From: Trichoplax adhaerens
Lineage: Eukaryota > Animalia > Placozoa
Reading direction: 5' to 3'
NCBI RefSeq assembly: GCF_000150275.1
Contig: NW_002060947.1
Coordinates: 2,903,740 to 2,967,739, forward strand
DNA: 64,000 nt
Position 1 is the stretch's first letter. Every line of letters starts with the position of its first letter. The notes under the pieces are model-generated. The model was not told the DNA's origin, did no database searches, and saw only the letters and a program-made list of their open reading frames with translations. Positions 40,743 through 52,900 of the stretch are shown piece by piece. Position numbers and translations under genes: made by a program.

Positions 40743-42718
40743 CGTCCTGTGATGATTATTAATTAATTATATTATCAAGCTTATCCTCTCCAGCCAAACG
40801 AAGCCTTCCTGGCAATCCGTAAAACAACTCACCACCGGATACACGTTATTATCATACCGTAGGCTCATACACAGTACGGTACTTTGCACATTTTACTTAC
40901 TCATGAGTTAATACTGCCTCACTCGATTACAGTAGGTGTCCGCAGGTCTGGTCCAGTGTTGTTTGGATTCATGACCTCTAATGTATTCATGTTAAAAATA
41001 ATTAAAAATAAAATTAAAAATAAATTAAATTAAAATAATTAAAATGAATCTAAAACATTTCACCACGTTTCATAAAATACCAATACAGGGTTAGGCCACC
41101 TAAAAATGATTCGATTTGCAATTACAGTGCTGCATAATATTTCGACAAGTCCCTGCTCTAGTCTAGTCCACAAAACGGACGAATTTCAGGCCATTTTTAC
41201 CATTCACTACAGTGTAGACTGAGAGATTAAATGTACATGCAGTATGTAGTAGGTAAAAGGTAAAACACCACTGGTCTATCATTTTACCAGCCTAGCTTCT
41301 CAAATGATATTACACGGTCCACCTACTATAAGTGCTGTCATTTGAAGATATTTCAGTGAATAAAATATAATTAATCTAAGACGTCAGGTAGAGCAAATCA
41401 TCGTTTATGTTCTTACTAATGTCCATAAGGAGATTCCTAAGCTATTACTCAATGATTGCTAAGCACGATACAAAGCCAAAGTATAGCTTCTGCAAATTAT
41501 CATAAAGAAAAGTTTCAACGATTGCCTTAATGCAATGCTATACAGACGCAAATATTATGCGATAGCATATCACTGAAGGCGTTGCACTCTACTCATTGAT
41601 TAATTTAGCGACCATATTAATTTTGCTATAATTACTATGTTTTGATAACGTTCTGAATAATTTAGGCCTGAACTTCAGGGTATTTGCTGTATGTAAAGTC
41701 GGGATAATGTCGAAGGTTTATAGAAAATGGTACAGTAGCGTACTGTAATTAAAGGAAACAAGAAAAAATTGATGGCTGCAATTCCCATTGATCCTAGGTT
41801 TTCTTTCACCATATCTTTATGGATCCTAAGCATTTAACAGTGTTGAACAACACTAGTACTTACAGTCATGGATTTATGATACTCCAGTTTACTGTACACA
41901 TCAGCTACATCAGCTTATATCGACTGCTAGAAATTTCTAGTGGTCCATGATACAATAGTATGGCTAAAAGTGTATCATGTGCATTCCAAACCGTACTGCT
42001 GGACTTTATGACTGCTCTTAGTACCGTAATATAAGTTAGCACTCGATATTTGATTGTTTGGTGCATTGAGATTGTACCTTGATTGACGCTTTTCGATAAA
42101 GACGCAATTTTGTCAGTTATATTATGCTATGCGCGTATTATACAGTTTTCTAGACATATCCTGCACGTCTTTTACTATATACTAACGGCATAAAATTTAG
42201 TTTAGAAAGTATATTGGATCCTCCGTCACAAGTGATCGATTTAAGGGCGACTGAAATGGTTAAAAGCAGCACTGCTCCTTCACCATTTTGCGTAGATTAA
42301 ATGAAAGATATTTGAAAGTAAAACGCCGTAATTCATTGTTATGAGAGTGGGTGCAATCTAGAACTTTCGTAAATATTTTTTAGGATATAGTATAAGTAAT
42401 ACTGCAACCGTATCAAATTTCGATATCGCCTCGTTTATTCATTAATTATATATTAACTATCATGTTTTTGTATCATCTATATACTTGCTTTTAATAAATG
42501 AATGCTGAAATAGAAGAAAAATTTCAAATATGCTATCCATAATTCTTTTGCTAATTAATTGAAAACAATTGGTGTAGTTTGAAAAAGAGTATATCCTTAT
42601 GAGATTAACTTTTTCAATATAACGTGGGCTTACGAATATGTATGCATTTACTATTCCTATATGAGAAATTGACAATTGTTTTTGTCATCGTTGCAATCTA
42701 ATTCCATTTCATTATCCT

Positions 42719-42738
42719 GTACATGTCTAAACATGTTT
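42719..42738. promoter_or_regulatory. Candidate p53-family response element (two half-sites, zero spacer)
   Basis: GTACATGTCT-AAACATGTTT matches RRRCWWGYYY x2 at 19/20 positions, with CATG cores in both halves. Confidence 0.5.
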
Positions 42739-43675
42739 CCAGAACTGCATTTGTTGGTAATTGATTAATTGTCATGCCAATATTGTACGATTTATAATAA
42801 TATCGAAGTTAATATCGAACGATATTTCGAACAGGATATACAAATAGCATATTAGTTAAAGTTATTAATGTATAATAAAACAGCTGTGGAAGATCCATAT
42901 AATACTAAGTAAAGGCATCCTACAAAATTGTAAAATAAATATCATATAGTAGATGATGCATAATTTCTTTAACCCTTAATCGATCAATCAAATTTACTTG
43001 CATTTATAGAAATCATCTGATAATATATCAATTTATTGCTGTAATATTGAATAAAGGCTTAGTTAGAAATCATAATATTCCCTAGAATCGAGAACGAGAT
43101 GAGTTTATTGGGTTATATTATGAATTTATTAATATTTCAGCTAAATGGTATGATACAAAGAGTGTAGTATGAATTATGAATTACGTGATACTGGTACACC
43201 AATCCTAATAACGTATAAGATTTAAAATTATCTACCATGCTCTAAATTTGAATACAGTGCATTTATTGGATGATGAGTGTTATTTTAAATACCTAGTTAT
43301 TTTACTCTAATACACGCTAAATTACGTTTGCTTCTGCAATAAAATTAAATATTCTATGAAGAATACAAACGTTAGGAGTACACTTATACCAAAGTAGAAG
43401 TAATTATTATCTATGACATTGATATATGGGTCAAGATAACTTTTTTGATATGATGAAACGGCTGTTATGCGCCAAGCCCATACTGTGCAGCACAGCAGTT
43501 ATGTATTATGAAATGATAAGTGATAATTGACTTTGATGACCAAATATTTTAGTTAGTAAAGGATTGAAATGAAAGGATTTTAGCATGATTCAGTGTTGAT
43601 AGCAGACTAAGAAATCATATTTCCTTATTAGATGATTGTAAGGTTCGCAGTCATGAAACCGTTATTAATCACAAT

Positions 43676-43915
43676 TTATAGATGATTTTCACCCAAAAAT
43701 AAGGCTACAAGGTATCTTCTTACAGCCTTTAGAATTACCATCGAATAGTTAATAACATAATAGTCATCGCCAATTCTTTGCAAATCTTTCGCAATTTTCT
43801 TCAATCGTATATTGTTGTCGATGTTTTCATGTGCTCCATCATCCACAGAATCGGTATAGTAAATATAAGACAGTCTGAAAATATCTCTCAATAGCAAGAG
43901 TTTATAACCGTGCAT
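43676..43915 (-). CDS. Candidate BH3-only pro-apoptotic protein (BIM-like), 79 aa or the last exon of a longer protein
   Basis: BH3 motif IAKDLQRIGDDY (43795-43760) versus BIM IAQELRRIGDEF. C-terminal MVILKAVRRYLVALF versus the BIM tail MVILRLLRYIVRLVW. The ATG follows directly after an acceptor, cttctttttag|G. Confidence 0.72.
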   Translation of the reverse strand: MHGYKLLLLRDIFRLSYIYYTDSVDDGAHENIDNNIRLKKIAKDLQRIGDDYYVINYSMVILKAVRRYLVALFLGENHL

Positions 43916-46900
43916 CCTAAAAAGAAGCTTCGTAATGGTATAGCCTTAATATATTACATAATCAATTTAAATTATTCTAAGAGCAAATACTACAACAATA
44001 TTGCAAATATATCTCTCGGTTAGATAGAAAAACTCTGAACTAATTCAAGTTGAGCCGTCTAAATATTGTTTGCTAGCAACTTGAATAAAAACAGAAGCTT
44101 TCTAGCTATGGCACTTAGTCGAATACACATTTAAACTGAAGAGGACCGTATAATATTCATACTCCACAGATTGTATGTTGGAAAGTAAATAAATATTCAT
44201 AGAATAGTCCTCTCAATTTGTCGAAGGCTTTTTGTTACCGCCTACCGGTAGTTGGTAGTTACAAATGAAAAGATGTGATAGATAAATTATACCCCATTTT
44301 AACTGCGAGAGCTCTTCAAATGGTTTACGACAAATGAAAAATGATTGATCTCTACGTATTATAGGTTAGTGAATTAGACTACAGTATTACTCAATCAGTT
44401 AACTGATAGTATTCCCGGTTCATTGTTGGCTAATATCCTATAGATCAACAATTCATTCTCGGCGGAAGTCAAGCCAAATGCGTGGGGTATTGAATATGAA
44501 TAGCGCTCGCTTTAGTTCTTTTCCGAAAGGGTGGATCTAAATACCTATCGTAGTAAATTAATCTGTACATATCGCCGGAATAGAACTTTATTTTGCAATT
44601 ACCGTAAAGCGTGCGTGTTTTTCAATTTTTGTGCGCTTAATTGAAAGATATAGGGACAATAATTGTTTAGTACTAGCGGTGTATCATTTTTAAATAGGCA
44701 CTAATGTAAGAATGAACACTGTATTACATTTTTCATCAAAGTTTACTTTCTATCTTAAGCATTGAAATGATACCACAGTCAATCCAAGCAAGTGCTTAGT
44801 AAAATTGTCCTTAAACAAACCGTTATATGAACTCGCTTTCTTTATCAACATACTTAAAATCGCTCAAAATAGAATCTCCTTATTGAATCCTTTCTTTTGC
44901 CGAAAACAGGGTTATTAATATCATTTAATTTTAACATCTTAGAATCACGATAAAGTAAGCTATAGTCACCATCATCATTCTATGGCTTGTTATTTATGTT
45001 CTGGCTTTACACATAACAGATGCTGAAGTTGATGGGGAAATTGAAGAGAAGATATCCGGAATTTAAACACGTTAATAAAATAGAAAAACAATCGGCATTA
45101 CATTGTTATTGACAAATAAGTTAAATATAGCATAGCGAACAATACCATAATGAAGATATTTCACATGGTTGTGTTAAATATGGTCGTTACCGTATCACTT
45201 TCGGCCATCGCATAATTGTTACATCATTCATAGATTACGTTATTTTTGGTATAAAAAATGAATTTCCGTTATTTAAAGTAAATTGATTATTTTCAGTCTC
45301 TTCGAACAGAAAAGGTGATATTGACATTGCTATGTAAGGGCTAGCAATGCTCTGATGTTGCTTACGTTGAGTTAGAGTTAAAATAGTAAAGTAAGAACAC
45401 ATGTACTGTATATGTATGGTAAAGTACGCGAAGTATAACGGGCGAGGGACCTGCTAGCATACTAATAAGAGTGACGTCTTGATGATTTTATGGAGGCCAC
45501 GAAATAATACAAAAAATGCAACTTAGTCCATTATTAAAGAATGTTTTTGATATTACTCTAGTAACCTGCTATGTTACATTGGCAATAGCTATTAAATTGG
45601 ATATAAATAACCAATTATCTGACGATATACAAAAGCTTCTTCAAAGGCTATGTAGTTTTCTATCTTACTTTATTACTTATCTATCAAATTATGTGATTGC
45701 TGTATTTACAACAATTATATAATATACGCTACTTTAAAAATTCAAAGTTTAACTCTTAAAAGCGAGCGATATGTCACGATTTAAATAACACAGATATGAG
45801 CATATACTGAGTGTAAAAATCAGCTAATATTATTGGAAATCTCATTCTCATAGTCGTCAATTAATGGCAACTTTCACACCAAAGCAGCAATCTTTTATGG
45901 GTTGTATTTCGACTGTTACAGTATTTGTTTTAAGAATAAATTTGATAGGTTTAAGACCATTAATTGCGCTCAATAATATCAGCTACGTGATAGCAGTAGA
46001 GTGCATACCCGCAATTTGTGGCTTCCAAATATACGCAAATATAGCATAACAAACTTATCATGGACTAATTAGTGCCAAATATTGATACTGGATTAGACTA
46101 AGCACCGCAGTATGTACACTTGTACAGTAGGCTTCTAGAATTGAATATAGTTAGGAATTCCTCACCTAGAGAATCTTTCGAATCTTTCTTAATGACTCAC
46201 ATCTGCAATTTTTAATCATAGTATGTACAGTATTTTAGCTGTATCATTTATTGTTTATCTAGTATCTGATATTTGAACTAGTTACAGTCATGGAACTACT
46301 GTACACTGTACAGTAGTATGTCAAAAATACTGGGTACGATCGGTAACTTTGTGAAGATAAACTGTGGGGTACATTCTGTATATCCGCAGTGTAAAATCCA
46401 AAGCAAAATATGGAACTGGTAGCAGGCTACATTATGAACGTTGCTGCAAATGTAACTAGATGGGAATAGATATTCTCTATCATTCATTTGTCCGACCCGC
46501 CTACAATTATTCATTGTCTGTGTTCAATAACTATAGCTCACCCAAGTAAAGTAACTGCGCATACTTTACGCATTAAATATGCATTTATTGATATCTCGTT
46601 GATATCATGCAACGCACAAAAGTCAAAGAAGAAGTAAAAGATATTAAAATGAAGGTTAGATTATGAAAATTGCTTATAATAATCTCCTATCATAAGATTT
46701 TTAACAGATATACACAGATTCCATATTATTCAATGTTACATTATATTTCTACTATTTATCCAAGTCAAGCTTATTGTACTTTTTATCAGTAGAATAAACA
46801 TGTTTATCTATCAAAAGGTTCTTAGTTTATGTTTACTGCTACAATAGTACTATTTTAAGGTCATAATTTTGATACAAATGCATCTTGCTAGTATATATAT

Positions 46901-46953
46901 ACAATAATTCAAACTACATCTTAGTTTAACTGACGTAATATTACTTAGGATAA

Positions 46954-49900
46954 CTATAACGATTTCATCAAATTAAGTTTAGACTGCAATAGTGGCCCTC
47001 CTTTAATTGGTGATGAGACTCCAGCAGTAGTTAATTTTAGATTTTCCTGTACGAAATTACGCCTTCTATGGATAAGTGAATGACTAGTTGCATGGACAGT
47101 GCTATGGCCTGAAGGAGGGACATAGTCTTTGGGTAAGCCTTTAACTGCATAAGTCCATTCCATATTCTTCGTCTATAATGGAATAGAAATATAGCAAAAT
47201 ATAACTACATTTTAAACATCTACATGCTTAACAAAAAATTATTATAAAAGATAAGCAAACCTGAACAATTAATTTAGCACGATGTGTTCTGCCGTAAGTG
47301 GAAGGTTTATAGGTAATTGTAAACGCTGTTCCTTGAGTTCCTAAAGGCAGTAGTTCCCCATACTTTGGAAATACTGTGAAAGCAGCATCAGAACGATGCT
47401 CGAAATACGCCTCAAATGGAACTGGAAATCTGTAGTAAATTTTATATTTGGTTATTTAAGGTGTATAATCATAATCAGCGTATTGTAATTTCTGTTCGGT
47501 TACAGTTAATTGTTTGGATATCCAACATTGTAACTTACTTTTCTTGGCTATGCAAATGGAATGTAATAACAGATTCTTTATTTAATCCAACAGATTCAAT
47601 TGATATGGTATCATCAACTTGTGGTGATGATGCTCGAAATTTTAAAGGAAATTTCCAAACTCCACGTTTCTTAGCAGTAACCACTAATTGGACCGTTGCG
47701 CTGGAGTACGATCATAGTTAATAAAGTATTTTAACGTTAGATTAGAAAGACATAAGATAAATAAACGAAATTAAGAAATGATGTAAACGTAGTAATACGA
47801 ACTTGAATGGCTTGAAAGGTGCAAAAATTAAATGAAATACCAATCGGATTGAATTTGTCGAAGAATTAATAATTTTTCGGATCAAACTTAGACCTACAGC
47901 TTGTTCAATTAAAGTCTTATTAGCATCATCTGCATAAACAAGCCTATATTCGAAGTCTTCATTTAACATGATCTCATCATCCATTAAAAATGAATCTTGA
48001 GGTGACGGTGTTATTGCTCTAGTCAACAAAGTATGGTTTTTCTCTTCAGTTGCTGTTTCTGCTTGATGATTTAAGGTAATCTCTAGTCTCTCTTCTATGC
48101 GACTGCGTGATTGGCAATGTACAACGGCACCGTTTGAATCAACGGTAACTAATTCCGGTATTCCAAATATTGGAATGTGCCACTGTAAATGATCAAACGG
48201 ATTGCCTGCATCATCAACAAATGGCACATCTTCTTGCCTCTTAACATTAATACAGCAGGTTGTTTCAAAGAATGTCATATTCTCAGGTGCAAAGGTAAAG
48301 GGTATTTCCAGAGTTCCTTTAGCTTGTAAGGTAATATTATGAGTATGCTTCAACAGCAACCGAAATACGGGCTGTTGTACCGCAGGATTATTGCTATTAT
48401 CTTTGTCAATCAGCTCCACAGTAACACGCAGTGGCTCATTAAATGGGTTATGAAATGGTAAAATTAGCGAAGCGCTAGCTCCAAGTAACGAACTGACATA
48501 AACTGGATCGACTTTAGATGGGACTAAACCATAGCCTTTAACACTAAATCTCCAGTCACCAATCTAAGTTGTCAAATTGTAAAATTCATGAACGCAAATT
48601 TTATCAATACCCAGATGGCTAGATTGTTACATTGAAATATCATGCTACTAATAAATGTAAATGGATAAATAATTGTACAAATTTTTCTTATTTCGCTCTC
48701 ATACCTCGGTACTCTTGAAATTGATGACGGCCATCTGATTACATAAGCCAAGCATGGAAGGTACAAATTCTAATGGCACTTCGATAGAAGACTGAGCATC
48801 TAAAGTAAACTGAAATTTGTAATGTATTGATTAGGATATCTATAACATTTTAATTAATAATATTACAGATTGATAATTATACCATACTTCCTCGTTTAAA
48901 GGAATATCAAGGCGGAAAGAGCTAGTATTCGAGCACTGTGGAGTAAGATGTAAAATTTCATCGGTTGGGTTTTGCAGTTGTATCATTTGCTTGCAAGACC
49001 TAAATACGGGTATTTCCAAGTATATATAAAGACAATTAAGATAGCACAACTTGCTGACAGATTATTTTTCGATCAATAGAAATTAAAATTAAAATGGTTA
49101 CTAATTCTTACTTTCCAAGTTCACATTTCATATCTTGCAATTGCGTCGGCTCAGGAGGCAATGCATTCAATTTCAATTCATACCAAAATTCTCCTATAAT
49201 TTCATTCTGGAATAGAATGCTATAAAACGCATTGATACCCAATTAATTTATTAATATAGATACCGATAATGACTTTGAGCGGGTTATATAAAAATCTTAC
49301 TTAAAATCGTCATTGTTAAGTTTATAAACTGTAGCTCTATTACCTTGCACTGAACGTTCCAATTATGGTTGGTGAGTATATGACTCGAAATTTAGTTGAT
49401 TCATTTGATTGAAGGCGCAAATTATCGGCAGCACTTAAACACTGTGAATGAAGGATTTGGACTTGAAAATTGATGTCGCTATCGGTAGGGTTTGCAATTC
49501 CAATTTCTATCGCGCAGGAACTTTGTACAGCACAAGAAACATCAAAAACTTTTTCTGGTGGCGGGGGATCAGCGTTAATTTCTACGGCATACCATACTTT
49601 ATGACTACCAATGGGCATATCCATTAGTGTATTTAATGCTAGATCATCTGCTTTATTTGGTAGGTATGCTAATTTGGTTTCATCATTATAAGATGATAAT
49701 CCATGATTTTCACTGCCCATGTCGCTGTTTTCATCACTATTTTCATTAGATTCTTGTTGGTCTATTGCATAAGCTTTACCCCTAAGAAATTGAAAGAGTT
49801 TTATTGCCCTTAATCCTTATGAAGTAAATTCAACAAACTTCATTATTTAAATTACACGCATCGTTAATTCATTCGAACAATTTTATATTGCGATAGTGAT

Positions 49901-52900
49901 TCTATTTAGCCTGTGAATATAGCGTAATTAGAATTAATTAACTTACATTGGAAATATTTCTGATTCTTCAGCGATGAAAGATATTATCCCTTTATGCTGT
50001 CCTCGACGCAACGGAGTGACAATGAATTCGTAATCAGCATCTTTACCAGGACCAACAGAAACTTTACCTGGTCCAGTTACACAAGCTATGTCGGTAACAA
50101 CCTGCATAGATAATTGTTTGACATAATCTTCCTTCTAAAGTTATCGAATAATAATGTAAATATACTATTTCAGACTCCTATACCTTGAATGTTACCCATT
50201 TCCTTGAAACGTTGGGGATGCGTATCACATGCGTTAGACTAATACCATATCATCAAAAACAAATAATTTAGACGTAAAACAAGTAATAATCATAATTATC
50301 TTAGCTTTACTAATGCAGTGCTATAATTAAATAAGGATATTACCTTTTCCTAGCTTGACATTTTAAGACGATCTCGTCCAAAGCAAGAGGTTTTTCACCA
50401 AATCCTTTCAGATTGAAGATATGAGTATTGCCATCTTTTTGATTGCTTAAAACCAATCGGCCCTATATTGAGTCAAAATTTAACGGAAATTAGCCAATAA
50501 AATTAAAATGAAAATAAATATAGCGAATTTTGTATATAATATAATGTGTTATTCATACCGTAGTAGTATATTCATGAGTTGGCCTGAAATATACTGGAAA
50601 ATAGGTTGTCATGAATGATTTAGCTACTAAATGAGAAGGTCCAACGAAACCTTCTCCAGATAATTTTGCTTCGAGATACCAATCCTCGATTGTATAATTT
50701 GCCTGTGGAAAATAGTTGTTAACAGTATCGATTAGTACAAACATCATTATTTTAAATAATAGTGCGTTATATTCGAAAATAACAATTTAATAGTAATGTT
50801 TGGTATTTATAACTTACAATAGGAATCTCCTGTTTAATTGATTGATATGCTGGGCTGTGAAATTCCAGATCCGCAGCTGCAACCGTAGCGGTTACGGTAC
50901 ACTCAACTTTTAAGACTCGAATATCATACTTCGAGAGTAAGATTACTTGGCAAGGGTAGTGGCCAGCACCATGAGGCTCGAACTTGATAGGTACGCTTAA
51001 TTTATCTATTTTAATTAAATAAGCAACGCTGTACCATTAGTCATACTAATTGCTAATCAAGGTAGAATTGGTCTAAAGAATTCACATATTTGCAACTGCC
51101 AAATATACTCTACTCATACTTTCTTATGATAAGCTTCAGTTATGAAGGACATTTCTTAATCGATGGTGAGATTAAGAGATATGTATTCATTTATGAATGT
51201 AAATATAATCCAGGTAGAAGTATGTTTATAGTCTTACGTATAAATTTCAATTTTAACTATCACTAATTTTATCATCTATGCTTATATATCTGGCGCATAG
51301 AGATCAACGAAAAAGTTTTCTTAGGTAAGTACTTGAGACTTACTTTTATCATGAGGTGAAGATTGGGCCAAAATAGGAATAGTAGTAGGAGTTGAGAAGT
51401 ACTTTGAACTGACTCGAACCTGATATTCACTTTCCGGTAATTCCTCATATCCTGCTGGAGCATTTTTAAGCTTCATGGCGGCTACACCTGCTAAAACTGT
51501 ACAGCTCCGTAGAGTTTTTGTTAATTTGCGCCTCTCTATTTCATCCTGAGACATTTGCTGTTTAGCAGCAATAGCTAGTGCTTGCTCACGTACTGTATTA
51601 ACTATAGGCAGCTTAATAACTTCATTTAGTTTTTGATCTGCGTTACATCTCCAATAAATAATAGTAGGATCCCCACCAAATAAGCCTTGACCGCGCCCTG
51701 CAGCCGCTGCACTACTTATACGGACACTTCCAGGTATGCTAACAAATGGTACGACAGAAGGTAAAGGTAAAGTCGCCATAGTTCGGATTAAATATAAAAA
51801 TTCGCCAACAACGTTATTCGCAAGTAAAACGGAACAAGTATGAAGACCTAGATGGAAAGGTAAGAATTCTATTTCGATTGTTGTTGATTCGTTGGGGTTA
51901 AGGTAAATTTGTTTGCTATTAGACCAGAAGGCTTGCAGCTGTTCATGTTTAGACGATTTTAATTCTGCTGGACTTGTATCTACCCGATCAGTCATTAAAC
52001 GAGAATGATGTGATGGTCCCGCTTGATCGCAAGATTCAATTAGCATTAGACGAAATAAAGCTCCTTTATCGAATGGGTTGCTGATAGTTAAAGTTAGAGG
52101 CTTAACTTCAAAGCAGGGAGATTCCGTCGACAAGGTGTTTATCGGTTTAATGATATCAATTACCGCATTCATCTTAAAGACTAATGTTGATGCTTGTGAA
52201 CTACCCAAACGTCGTCCAACCAAGACTAGACTTGCTTGAGCAGCGCGTAGAAATCGACTCTTAAAGGCTACTTCTAGATCGACCTTTTTATGTGGGGCAA
52301 TTTGGATATGATTAGAATGAACTGAAAAATCTTGAGCATCCTGACCAACAATATTAATGCTGTAATGTAATGGCTTAGTGCTAGGGTTTTGCAAGCGGAT
52401 TTGCCTAAGAATCGTGCTATGCAAAGCTCCTTGAAATTCTATGGTACTCTTTGATTGATAATGAGGTAATCGATCAAATAGGAAAGTAGTTAACATCAGT
52501 AATGAAACTGGATTGGGATTCATAATGTCGCTGGCTTGGATATCATATTCGAGACCAAGGCTTTGAATTGCGTTAATAATATGGATCGCATTGTGTAAGC
52601 ATTGCTGTGTATTATTGGGATTAGTGTATAACATTTTTATGTAAGTAACATTTAAAAATGGCGCGTAAGCACCTAAAACACAAGCTAAAACTAGTCCATC
52701 CATTAAATCATCACTAAAATTGACAACCCATCTTGCTGCAGGAGTTTGATCTGGCCAAATTTCATGTCTTTGCTTTTCGAAATGATAATTTAACCAATCC
52801 AATAGGATACGTTCCGACATATTGTAGATATTGCTTGCTAAAGGATCTGGGTTAATAGCGTCCAATCGTTTAGTACCGTCAATTAATGCAATCTTTTTAT

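Noticed and set aside
40775-40870. GC-richer island with hairpin potential between TACWG arrays (possible ncRNA)
   Set aside because: No snRNA, snoRNA or tRNA boxes recognised and only a short G-U-rich stem; an Rfam/Infernal search would be needed.
46796-46805. Perfect p53 half-site AAACATGTTT
   Set aside because: A single half-site in the CFAP47 3' region; expected by chance.
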